Assembly: GCA_016748015.1 (NCBI GenBank)
Contig: JAAOMT010000135.1
Span: 699,326-763,325, forward strand
Source of the DNA: Geosiphon pyriformis uo1
Lineage: Eukaryota; Fungi; Glomeromycota
Reading direction: 5' to 3'
Length of the DNA: 64,000 nt
Of the stretch, positions 37,001-49,560 are shown in pieces. The position numbers and the translations under genes were made by a program. Positions within the stretch are counted from its first letter, which is position 1. Each line of letters starts with the position of its first letter. The notes under the pieces were generated by a model, which saw nothing but the letters and a program-made list of their open reading frames with translations, was not told the DNA's origin and did not search any database.

Positions 37001-40000
37001 TGATTAAAAAGATCTATCAATCTGGGAGTGGTAGGAAAGCAATTAAAAAAAAGAGAAAGAAAATGAAGAAAACCGACTTGAAACCAACAAAGCCAGCACT
37101 AGTGGCTGGAGAAGATTCTACTTAACTGATACCAGACCAGAGCCATCACATATTTCTCTCAAGTGCAAAGACTGCAACAAGAAATTGTCCTCAATGGGAG
37201 CTTGGGTTACACCAGATGAAGACTACTGGATGCGCACCCATTACTATTGCAAATTATGTTACCACAAATGCTACAGGTACTCCAAGAGACAAAACAAATG
37301 AGACAATGAACCATGTCTTGCTTGTAGAGAACAACTGCTTGACGAAGAGATGTGGAATAACATTCCTGGTAGAAGAGGAAAGTGTGATGCTTCATGCCAG
37401 TACACAATCCTTATTAGTGACTGGGTAAGTCATGGAACACCCATTACAGCAGCTTGGCACCAAGTGATCTCTCGCTTAGAAGGTTATTCACACAACAAAG
37501 ACAAGATCTAGTGAATGGCCAATGCCAAAGTAAAAGGCACTTCGCCCAATGAAATTCTGGAAATCAAGAACAACCCTCCAGAACCAATAGACATTGTGTT
37601 AGTTCTCAACCTGGACACTTTTTTCGACTTAGAAAACAGCCCAGAAGAATTCTATGAACACTATCAGAATCTAGTACCCACGAGAAAAGAGCAAGAGCAA
37701 TGTTTGGAGAAAATCAATACCCAATTATGTGACCACTGTTTAATTCTATGTGACTTCCAATTCTGTAATAATTGTAACCTCATTTACAATCTACCACCAT
37801 TCATGATCTACACAATCTCAGAAAAAGAAAAATCAATCAGCAGCTGTGCATCGGAATCAGAATCAGTTTTCAATCCCAATTCAAACTCTAATAACAATAA
37901 CAACAAAAACACCAGTTCCAGCTCCATTCAAAACAGCAATAAAAACAACAGCAACTGGGACTCCGATTCAAACCCAAAAATATATATCACACTCCCTGAT
38001 CTCACCAAAGAGCAGATCTTGAAATAATTCAGTGATAATAAGGAAGGGATTATGCTAGAATGTGTGCATGATACTGATGCCAGGTTTGATCTAAAATATT
38101 CAAGAAAAGATGCCATCAAATTGGAACCACATTCGCATACCTGCATTAATCTGAAAATAGCATTGAAAATACCAGCAACAACCATGGTTCAATTAGCTTC
38201 CAGAAGTAGTTTAGCAAAAAGAGAGATTATTATAAGAGGAAAAATAATTGATGCTGGATATGTAAAAAATATCATGGCAATGTTACAAAATAACTCAGAA
38301 AAGACTTATATCATAGAACCAAATGAAAAGATAATACAGGCAATATTCCTGCCTCTGGTTAGAATAGCTCAGTTAATACCAGTGGGAAAAAAAGAAGAAT
38401 TAGAGATAACAGCTAGAGAAATACAGGGATTTGGATTCATAAATAGAATAGACGTACCAGTCAATATGGCAGAAAAAAAAATTATTGGCCAAGAAGAAAT
38501 TATCTCAACTGATCAAGTAATTTCCATTCCACCATATGACCAGTACATGGTAGTTATAGAGAGAAAAGTGAAAGATAAAGATCAAATTTTTGAAGCAGAA
38601 ACAAGCCTTTGTGAATTAGAAGAGATTGGACTCATTAATCTCTACATACCAGCCAAAAGCCATAACCATATTAAAATTCCCATTTATAACACAACAGAAA
38701 ATGCCATTACAATACCAGAGGAAATCATCATTGGATACATAAGCACTGAATTAGAAAATCAACCACCAAGCATTATTTCAGATTTTCCATAACTATGTGA
38801 ATATGTGGATATCATATCACAAACAATCTACAGACAAAATGAATGTTATTTGCTCCAACCAAAACAATTGGAACAAATGAATATAGGAAATTTGGATCCA
38901 CTCCAATGTATGCAACTCAAAATGTTACTCAACAACTTCAATAACATCTTCACTAGCAAAAATGAATTTGGCAGAACTGACATTATCCAATATCAAATTA
39001 AGACTGAAGATGCTATGTCAATCAAACAATGAGTCTACAGAGTACCACTAGCCAGCCATGAGATCATTCATTAAGAAATCAACCAAATGCTTGACAACAG
39101 ATTAATTTAGCCATCTATGAGTCCATGGTCATCACCAGTGGTACTCATCTGGAAGAAAAATGGAAAATTCAGATTTTGTGTAGACTACAGAAAACTCAAT
39201 GGAGTCACTCATGGAGACAGCTATCTAACTCCACAAATTCAGGAGCTATTCAATGCTTTTGGAGAAAATAAATGGTTTTCAACACTAGATCTAGACAGTA
39301 GATACTGGCAGATAGCCATGAATCTAGTAGACAAAAAAAAAACAGCTTTTATGACGAGAGAAGGAAATTTCAAGTTTGAAGTTATGCCATTCGGCTTGAT
39401 GAATGCTTCAGCCATATTTCAACAGCTAATAAAAATAGTATATACTGGCTTATTGTGAAAATCAGTAGTAGTCTATTTAGACAACACCAATGTGTTCTCA
39501 AAAACATTTGATGACTATCTACATCATTTCCAACAAGTGTTTGAAAGACTGAGAAGAGCCGGATTAAAATTGAATGCAACAAAGTGTTTCTTCAACAAAA
39601 CAGAACTCAAGTTTTTGGAACATATAATAAGTAAAAACAGCATCAAAACGGATTTGGACAAGATAGAGATAATAAAAAAATTTTTAGTACCAACCAACAT
39701 GACCGAGTTAAAATCATTCTTGGGATTTGCAGGCTATTATCACCTCATCAAGGACTTTTCTAAGATAGCTCAGCCACTCAATCATCTCCAAACCAAAAAT
39801 GTAAAATACAAATAGACTGAAACTCAGCAAGAAGCATTTGACATCTTAAGAAGAAAGCTTATTCAAGCTCTAGTATTGATCTATTCGGATTATAGTAAAC
39901 CATTTATTATTACCATTGATGCATTAGGTTAAGCATTGGGAGCAGTGTTATCTCAGAAAAGATCAGATGGAAGGGAACATCCAGTCATATACACCAGCCA

Positions 40001-40274
40001 AGGTTTAACTCCAGCCAAGAAGAATTATAGAACACCAGCATTAGAACACTTAGCAATCTATTGGGCAGTCATGAAATGGAAAAAATATTTGAGTCAGAGA
40101 TTTGAAATATACACTAATCACAAAGGATTGACAGCAATCCAAAAACAAGAATTTGGAAATAATCAACATGTAAGATGGAAAATAGCACTATCACCATTCA
40201 ATTATACAGTACATTACAAAAAGAGAAAAAACAATAGAAATACTGATAGTTTGTCGTGAATAAGACAAATTTAA
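34028..40274 (+). pseudogene. E gag-protease-Cys-rich-dUTPase-RT-RNase H polyprotein
   Basis: KFTGKEDNA; CHYCGKQEHLKIDC; LILDS; dUTPase at 38010-38450; SPWSSPVV/FCVDYRKLN; ends SLS(R)IRQI*. Confidence 0.92.
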
Positions 40275-40335
40275 AAACATTTCAACCCAAAAATATAACA
40301 AAACCAAACCAAACCCAATGAAAATATAACAAAAG

Positions 40336-41712
40336 ATGAACACACAAAAATACCAACAGCTTTAACATTATATAAATACCCAACAGTTCAAAGAAAAATT
40401 ATCTCAAAAAGAATGAAATAGCATCAAGCAATAATCAAAATATTTTATCAGTCATCAAAATATACTTTGCTAGAAGAATAGACAAAATCCAGATCAACCA
40501 ACCAGAGTAATTACAGAACCAGAAAAAAAAACAATACTGTTCAACATGCACTCAGATTCAACAGCAGGACATTTCTACAAAGAAGTAACCATGGAAAAAA
40601 CCAGAAAAAGATATTATTGGCCATCAATATATCCAGACATTATCCAATATATTCAAAATTGTGATGCTTGTCAAAGAAAAGGTGGAACAAAACCCAGTGA
40701 ACCATTAAGACTGATCAAAGTAGAACAACCATTTAATCACATTAGAATTGACTTAGTAGAACTATTAATAATCACCAGCAGAGGCAACAGATATATTGCA
40801 GTAGATATGGACTATCTCACAAAATGGCCAGAAGCAAAAGCCATTCAAAGAGCAGATGCAGAATCCGTTGCCAAATTTGTTCATCAAGATTTGATTTGTC
40901 AACACAGATGTCCAAAAAAATTATTATCAGATCAAGGAACTCACTTTGTGAATAAAACATTGGCAGAATTAAGCCAGAGATTCGGAATTAAAAGACCATT
41001 ATCATCACCATATAATCCACAAACCAATGGACTAGTCAAAAGATTCAACAGAACATTGTGTAAAGCAATTGCCAAAATCAGCCAAGAAAACCAGAATGAA
41101 TGGGATTTGTTTATACTATTAGTATTATTTGCTTATTGGACAATAAAACAAGATACTACACAAGCAACACCATTTGAATTAGTATATAATAAGACAGCAA
41201 TATTACCAGTTGAGATAGAAGTAAACATATACCCAACAAAACCAATAATGGAAGAAAATTTCCAAGAAACATTGTTAAGAAGAACATATGACTTAATAGA
41301 AACTCTAGAAAACAAATGGCAAAGAGCAGCTGACAATATACAAAAGTCACAAGAAAAACAAAAAGAAAGACATGATAACCAACTACCAAGAAAACCAGTT
41401 GAATTCAAGATTGGAGACAAAGTACTATTACATTGTACCAAAGCAGAAAAACAATGGAGTGGAAAATTTGACTCCAAATGGGATAGACCATTTCACATAG
41501 AAGAAATTCTAGAAAATGAAGCTTATAAATTAAGATTGGACAGCAAAATTTTGACAAAAGCAGCACATGGAGATTGACTGAAATCATACCACAATATAGT
41601 GTTACCATTTACTAGTAACATTCCACAATTGGGAGTACAGAGACTATTAGTCTGACCAGATGAAATTCTACAAGATTTAGAACCAATTATTGTTATCAAC
41701 ACAAACATGTAA
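40336..41712 (+). pseudogene. E integrase, separate ORF
   Basis: Starts MNTQKYQQL, in frame with ORF 40546-41577 (HSDSTAGH, CDACQ, IDL, SDQGTHF, YNPQTNGLV, RPF). Confidence 0.92.
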
Positions 41713-41773
41713 AAGTAATTGACCAAAAAGAATATATAAAGATATGGTAGATGTGACAAAAGATATCAGAAAA

Positions 41774-42421
41774 ATGGAGATTACTGATAACATTCACTTA
41801 CTAGCACAACAACTATTCCAACTGATTCAACAACAGAATATGGAAATTATTATTAATCAACAAATCATTTAATACTGAGATACCAGAAAGATACCCAAAT
41901 ATAAAAGTAAAAAAGAAACAGAAAACACCATTGACAAAATGGTTCTAAAAATAAAATTAGCAATTGAGGAACCAACAAGTGTCACCACATATTAAGAGTT
42001 GACCAAAGAAACATGGAAATAGTGAATACACGAATTTCCAAGAAACTTCTGTTACTTCCACTTGGGATGACACTTGAACATTCAAAACTTATACATGGAT
42101 AAAACAAAATGATTATTCAACACAGCAATACTACAACAACTAGAACAATTTGTGGAAAAAAATAATTTGACTACACAAGCAAGAGCCATCTATTGGCTAT
42201 ATATAAGATTTCAAGACAGACCAAAAATCTTACTCAATCCAGAATTAGACTCCATTACAATTAACCAAATAAGAAAAATGACCAACACCCAATTTGAAAA
42301 ATTGCAGAACCAGATAACTTAAATAATTCTCAAAAGAGAAGTTCAAGAAATACTCAATGACAAAGAATTAGAGTTAGGAGATTTAGGAGATTTGGGAGAT
42401 CTCAATAGAGCTCAATATTAA
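41774..42421 (+). pseudogene. E ORF3 (~215 codons, several transition-derived stops)
   Basis: MEITDNIHLLAQQLFQLIQ...FCYFHLG...RAIYWLY..F...LLNPELDSITINQIRKMTNTQF. Confidence 0.8.
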
Positions 42422-42435
42422 AAAAGAGGGAATAA

Positions 42436-43299
42436 TGTTATTTATAGAATATAGGAAATATATTAGCATATGAAATAGCCAATCAGAAGTAGCTGTAGTA
42501 AATGTGGAATTCCAGGATTTCTCTCAAGAGGAATTGCAAGATTCCAAGAATTTTAGGATTCTCCATGCGAGAAATCGCAGGATTCCAGAATTTTAGGATT
42601 TCTCTTAAAAGAAATTGCAGGATTCCAGAAATCCCAGAATTCTTGAGGTAAAAAATCGAGGAATTGAGGAATCTCAATTATATATATATAGCAGTAGTGT
42701 TAGAAGTAGAAAAGAAAGAATTCTTAGTTAGAAGACCTCTTCATTTAGATTTTATTTAAGCAACTTTCCAAATTACAAATATTAATAAATAATTATTCAC
42801 TATTTCAATCTACTCTCTACTATTAACACTTCATGTTAATAGTAATTGATACTTAACTACACTGAAACAATAGCTCTTGATTACAGCTATTAACAGGATA
42901 TTAACTTGCAATTGCTTTTGTTATTTTCTTTATTTTCTTTTATTTTTTTTGTTATTTCTTTGGTTTTACTAAAATTGATTAAGGATTAAGCACTGAGATA
43001 CAGATATCATAGGGACTGGTAAAAAACCTGTGAAACAAGGGTAGAACACTTATAAATTTAAGGATAGCTTACCAGGAGGATTACCGGCCACCATGCCAAG
43101 AAAAAAATTTGACAAAACTGCAGTTTTGGAAAGCTACGGATAAAACCATCAATTAAACCTCTGTTCATTATACAAAGAACTCAACTTTAAAACCTTCAGA
43201 TACAACCAACGTACCAGTGTCACCAGCTTTGTCAAAATATTGAGCACCAAGTTATGAATTTGTTATTTGATTTGAGATTCCAAATAATTATCTGTAACA
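42436..43299 (+). repeat. 3' LTR of E; PPT aaaaagagggaataa at 42421-42435
   Basis: Copy of 33095-33968. Confidence 0.95.
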
Positions 43300-44375
43300 C
43301 CACATACTGCCAAATGCCAATAGGCTTTAGCACAACATGAGTAACACTACCAAACACATTGAGAGCCATCTTAATGTTAACAGTAGACATATTTAAGGGC
43401 ATATTACACAGCACAACAGTAGCAGAAGGAGAACCAAACTCAGAAATCACCAAAGGCTTGGCAATTTTAAGGGTGGCCAAAGATACTTGAAAAGCAAACT
43501 CTATACAAAACAGCTTTATATTGTCTTTTAATACTGGCTTTGCATCCAAAAAACCATGTATTGACTGAAAAACAGTCTTAATATAAGCCAATTTGATCTT
43601 AAAAGTAGCACCAGACACCAGAGTAAAGGCCACTCATCCAGCAAACCTTTGACAACTAGTAATAGTTTCCCAAACATTACCAGAAGTAGCACCAGAAACT
43701 AAAAGAAGAGATGATTCAGTTTTTATTTGATTAGCCCAGTTTTCAAGAACAGGTGACCCAACAAGAGGAAATTGTTTTGCTTCTAAAACCGACAATGATC
43801 TATTGAAAGACATCATATTTGACAATACAGTCAGTGGTTGATTTAAGTCTATCTTAAATAACAAACTAGATAATTCTATGGAGATCTTATCTAAGATCTC
43901 ATTAGGAACTACAAAGAAGTTTAGTGTAATAATAGCAGAGGCAAGCAACTGCTCTTATTTTTCTGAACTTTTGGTCTTTTTGACTATTTTTTTTGAAGAG
44001 ATGGTACTAACAGCATCAGATGTTAAATCTATGAAGGAAAAAACCAGCTTATTTATTAGTCTATTATTAAAAACTTTTGGGCTCTTAGTTGGGATAGAGA
44101 CAATACTGGGACTAACCCAAGTGTGTTTCTTTGAGGGAATTTTAACTGGTGAGAAACCAGCCAAAGATGAGAAAGTTGCTTTAGTGGCTACCAAAGACAG
44201 TTTATCATGATTACTGGATAAAAAGAAAACTTCTAAAATGTTTTGCCTAGTTGTTTCTACAACAGAAAAAGCTCTTCTGGTTGAAATTTTATTAGATATC
44301 TCAGGACAGATATCAGGTGTAGCTTTTTTATTCTTTGCTCTGGTCATGGTCATAAAATTAAGAAGACAAAGAGTT
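43300..44375 (-). mobile_element. ORF1-only LINE derivative H1, 5' half (ATG 44353)
   Basis: MTRAKNKKATPDICPEISNKIST..., close to H2; similarity with H2 ends at the same point, ~20 nt upstream of the ATG. Confidence 0.87.
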
Positions 44376-45015
44376 TTTATTAAGTTTAAAATATTATAAG
44401 ATATTTAAATATAATATTTATTGTTTTTTAACTATAAACAATTATATTTATCTTTGTTATTTTATTTATAATACTTATTTTTTAATATTTTTATTAATCA
44501 CACTATACAAAAAAAATTAACATTTAAAATAATAAAAATAATTAGCTAAACAAAAGTAATTTATTAATTTAATTAATAATTTTTTTGTTAATTTTAAATA
44601 AGTGCTAGTCTTATAAAATTATGAAATATTTTTAGAAAAAAAATAAAAAAACAACCAAATTCTTTATTTGAAGTTTTAAAAAGTTTTATAATTAAAAAAC
44701 AAAAAAAAACTATAGTTTAATATATAAATTAAATTGTATTATTATATTTTAATTGGCTAATAAATCATATATCATTTAAAATTATAAGATTTTAACATTT
44801 TTATATTCTAATTGACTAATAAAAAATCAAAATCATATATTATATAAAATTATATAAAACATAAGATCTTGAATTTTTTTTTCTTTTTATAATAATGTAA
44901 TATATATTTGTTTTTTTATTATATATATTTTTTTTTATAAACAATTAATTTTAATTATATTATTTTTTTATTATGTTATAAAAAGTATTTTATTAAAAAA
45001 ATATTAATTAAATAT

Positions 45016-47297
45016 TTTTTTTTTATTATATTTTAATGAACAAGACCCAAATACTACCTAAAACTATGATACCACATAAAGAATTATATTATAGGTGTAA
45101 ATCATGTGTTTTCTACACGTGATCAGACACTTGGCCCAATCAAGGACTCACTATGTTAAATCAAAAGTAGGTGGAAATAATTCTAACCTATGAATTCTCT
45201 CAATGATACTATTCAGATTCCTAGAGTCAAAAATAAACTCACTAAGAAACAATTTAGTAGACTCAATATTGCCTGGTTTTAGCATCAGACATACGCCACA
45301 AAGCAATAACATGCTCAATAATGTTCTCACTTAAAAAGAAAGGCTTAGCAGTCAGCATACTATCATAATCCATATCACCAAAGTCAATCTTAGATCTAAG
45401 ACAAGCAATGTCCTTGGAGACTTCAACCAAGAGATTAGAAAAATTGTTAGCAGCACTCTTTATAGAAATGAGATCCTTCTTGATCTGAACAGCCTTAGCA
45501 GCATTATTATCAAGAAGATAAGACACCAAAGCAACCAAAGAACCAACAGGCTCAACAATAGACTTAATTAGAGCAGCCAAATCCGAAATCTGCTTTTCTA
45601 AAGAGTCCAATCTAGAACCAACAGCAGGATCAGCAACAGAAGCAGCCAAAAGAGCCACCAAAGAAGGAAACTCAGAAAAACCAGAAGGAGCAGCAGTCTT
45701 AACATATAAAGCAGAATCCACAAAACAAGACTTGAAAACCTTGGGAACCTTAAGAGTGGGAGGTGGAGAAATCTTGCAATTCACAGCCAGATGGCTCATT
45801 TCTTGACACCTAAAGCAGTGCCAGCAGCCAGAAGTTTCCCACCAGATATGGCATTTCCTTAGAGTACCAGTCTTGACTACAGCAGAATCCAAATTGCCTT
45901 GAGAGTCAAATGTAACCAAAGTGAACTGGGAACAATGACCAGAATCAGGAGAATGAGGGATAAAACATGTTCGACCACCAATCTGAGAAATCATATCACT
46001 GATTTTAAAGGCAGTACAACCAGGGAGAAAGTTGACCAATTTGGCCTTAAACTTATCACGAGACAAAATAGTCTCATTTTGATTTACCAGAAGGAGGATT
46101 CTAACACTATCCTTGCCCATCAAGACTGACCAATGCTTCAAGGCAGATACAGCAGAGTCCAACTTTTCAAAATAAACCATCATGTACTGCCAAATGCCAG
46201 CAGGCTTCAGCACAACACGAGTAACACTACCAAACACACTGAGAGCCAACTTAACGTTAGCAGCAGACACACCCAAAGGCACATCACGCAGCGCAACAGC
46301 AGCAGGAGAGGAACCAGATTCAGAAACCACCAAAGACTTGGCAATTTTGAGAGTGGCCAAACGAACAGAGCTTGTAAGCTCAACCAAAAATGCAGCTTCC
46401 AAAGATTATTGAGAAGCAAACTCCACACAGAAAAGCTTCACATTGTCTTTTGAAACAGATTTAGCACTCAAGAAACCATGCACAGACTGAAAAACAGCCT
46501 TAACATGAGCCAATTTGATCCTAAAAGTAGCACCAAGCACCAGAGTGGAGGCCATCCATTCAGCAAACCTTTGACGACTAGTAATAGTTTTCCAAGCACC
46601 ACCAGAAATAGCACCAGAAACTAAAGAAGGAGATGAATCAGTTTCCATTTGATCAGCCCAGTTTCCAAAAACAGGTGACCCAACAGAAGAAAATTGTTTT
46701 GCTTCTAAAACTGGCAATGATCTGCCAAAAGACACCACATTTGGCAATACAGCCAGTGGTTAATCTTGGCCTATCTTGAATGACATGTCGGATGATGCTA
46801 TGGAGATCTCATCTAAGATCTCATTGGGAACCACAAAGGGGTTTGGTGTAACAATAGCAGAGGCAAGCGACCATCCCCACTTTTCTAAACTTCTGGTCTT
46901 TTTGACCATTTTTTTTGAAGAAGTGGTACTAGAAGCATCAGGTATTGAATCTATAAAGAAGAAAACCAGCTTATTTACTGGTCTATTATTAAAAACTTTT
47001 GGGCTCTTGGTTGGGGTGGAGGCAATACTGGGACTAACTTAGGTGTGTCTCTTTGAAGGAACTTTGACTGGTGAGAAACCAGCCAAAGATGAGGAAGTTG
47101 TTTCAGTGGCTATTAAAGGCAGCTTATCACGATTACTGGGTAGGAGGAAGACTTCTAAAATGTTTTGCCTAGTTGCTTCTACAACAGAAAGAGCTTTTCT
47201 GGTTGAAATTTTATTAGATATCTCAGGACATATATCAGGTGCAGCTCTTTTACTCTTTGCTCTGGTCATGGTTATAAAATTAAGAAAACAAAGAGTT
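45016..47297 (-). mobile_element. Uninterrupted ORF1-only LINE derivative H2 (~2.3 kb; ORF ~47269 to stop 45151-45153)
   Basis: Three RRM-like blocks, CFRCQEMSHLAVNC knuckle and coiled coil RLDSLEKQISDL, then TAG, LINE 3' UTR and A-rich tail; no ORF2. Confidence 0.88.
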
Positions 47298-47683
47298 ACA
47301 ATTTTATTAATTTTTAAATATTTAAATATTATTATTTTATAATTTTTTAATAAATTAAGTATTTAAAAATCATATTTTTTAATTTATCTTTAATATAATA
47401 GTTTTAATTTATTGATAATTTTTGTGTTTTAAGCATAATTTGATTTTTTTTTAATAAAAAATCCTTAAATTTATGGTAATAATATTATAAAATTTAAGAT
47501 ATTACATAATTTAATTATATTTATATATAATATAAATTAAAATAATAATAAATTTATTAATAAAAAACTTCTTTCTCTCTCACTTTCAAAAATTCTCAAA
47601 AAACACACTTTTTAAAAAAAAAGTTTTTTAATTTTTTCTTATTAGTTAAATTCATTATTTTTTTAGTTAATAACCCCTTCATT

Positions 47684-49560
47684 ATAGATTTGAAGGCTGT
47701 ATCTAGTAGTGATATGTCTATGAAAAAGGTGTCTAAGGATGCTTTCTATGATTTTGCTAGTGGTTCTTTCTCCCAAAAAAAAAAGGTGGCCCTTGGCAAC
47801 ATTAAATATTCTGGTGATGAAAAGGATATTTTTTTAGTCAAACTTGGTTCTGGTGGTATGTACTCAGACATAGATAGTGAGTCTAATTGTGGTGAAGACA
47901 ATATACACATGGAAGATTTCAACAGTGAGTCTCTCTTAAACTCAGCGACTAATATTCCTAAAGTGAAAAGAGTGAATACCAGTGTGATTTTTGGGTCTTT
48001 TCTTGGCTCCCCTAATTATGAAATGGATGATGAAGTGGAACTCCTTCCACCCCTCCTCAGCATATCTTTGAAGAAGAGGTGAATAGATTCTAAGATTGTG
48101 AAAACACCTGTGGAAGTCTCTGTTAAAAAGTCATTTGTATTAGATATCAACCTCTCAGCAGTAGAAGGCAAATCTACTACAGCAAAGACTCAGTTGATTA
48201 GAAAAATTTTCTCAGCAGTCAATGGTTTTGGAGAGGCCACTACCCTTTCAAAATTTGAGGAGATCATTAGATCTACTTTTACTTCAGAAAAAAACATGAA
48301 AATGGCTGCATTATTGGCCAAAGAAAAAGGGATTGATGTAAACAGCAATCTTAAAAAACAAGAAATAAAGTCAGATCAGACTGTGATAATCAAAGAAATT
48401 CCCATAAATACACCTAAAGATATGATTATTACTGCAGTATCTAAATTTGGAAAAATTAAGTCAATCAAAATTCAACTAATTAGAATATGGCAAAAAGCTA
48501 TGGTAGAGTTTGCTGAACTTAACCAAGCTAATTTGTTGGTCTCTAAGTGGTTTTTCTTAATTGGTAAAGATTCTGTGTGTGTTGTCAAAGCAATGGGAAA
48601 TCATGGAACTTAGGCATCAAGAGATCAGTTCAGGACACTTCTGTTTACTTTGCCAGTGGAAATGACAACACATGATCTTGGGACTCTTTTGGAAAAAACT
48701 GGTGGGAAAACTTGCATCATAAACAGATCTTTGGAGACTGGTAACAGGACTCATTGCACTGTGGTTGGTTTTGAGTCTGATAATAATGTGGAATCTGCTT
48801 TTTGCACAGAACCAATTTTTGGTGGTATTATACTTTCTTGGGCAAGGATGAATCTGGTTCAGTGTGAAAAATGTGGAAAGTTTGGTCATTTTGTTTTGGA
48901 GTGTAATACTTTAGACATGTTTATTTCTAAGCCTTCAAAGACATTTAAAAGGGTTGCTTCTGATGAATGTCATCTTCAGTTGGCTAAGTTGTATAAGAAA
49001 AAGAGTGTTCCAATATCCCATCTTGCTGCCTTTGGTGGTAAATCTTGGGCCCAGGTGGTCTCACTTGCTGGTTCTTCTAATGGTCTTCATTTTGTTTCTG
49101 GTTCCAGGTTCTCTTTTTCTGGCCTCACAGGTTTAAATGTTGGTTCCTCTCCTGTCTTGGCTGACAATTTGTCTTTGGATGCTCATTTGGCTTTTTTGGA
49201 AAGATCTTTAGAGCTGCTAATCGACCAAGTTTCTGGCATTGTGCATAAACTCAGCGACATAAAATTGGTACTGCAAACTTCAGCTCCCCCCTTAAAATCT
49301 TGGCTAATTTGTTTGCCACCAAGAAAGATTTGGTTTTGGATATGGTTATGGATGATTCTGAGCTGGTACTTTCACCCCTCTTTCTTACTTCTTCTAGTGT
49401 CTTAAAGTTGGGTTTGAGTAGTTCTAAAGTTTTAACAACCAAGGTTGGTAGTTTAGAGTCCAAGTTGGTGGCTTTCGAGACTTTTGTTAGTTCAGTTTTG
49501 GCAGAGTTAAATCATTTGTGTGCTGGTTTGGGTCCTTTGTTATCCTCTTCATCTCAATAA
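47684..49560 (+). pseudogene. LINE ORF1 (RRM-like domains, CCHC knuckle, coiled coil)
   Basis: VIIKEIPINTPKDMI...FGKI; CEKCGKFGHFVLEC; start codon apparently eroded ATG>ATA. Confidence 0.87.

Larger units (their letters stand above)
33095..43299 (+). mobile_element. Full-length Ty3/Gypsy LTR retrotransposon E, inserted into H1 ORF1
   Basis: LTRs at 33095-33968 and 42436-43299; TSD CCAT (33091-33094) / CCAC (43300-43303); joined flanks match uninterrupted H2 at ~46170-46195. Confidence 0.95.

Noticed and set aside
41713-41773. Integrase-ORF3 frameshift fusion (spacers also 3n+1 in A, C, E, F)
   Set aside because: The +1 frame is blocked by a stop in E and the B spacer is 3n; both fit separate initiation better.
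44376-45015. Target-site duplications for the LINE and H elements
   Set aside because: Flanks are too AT-rich to distinguish a TSD from chance matches by eye.
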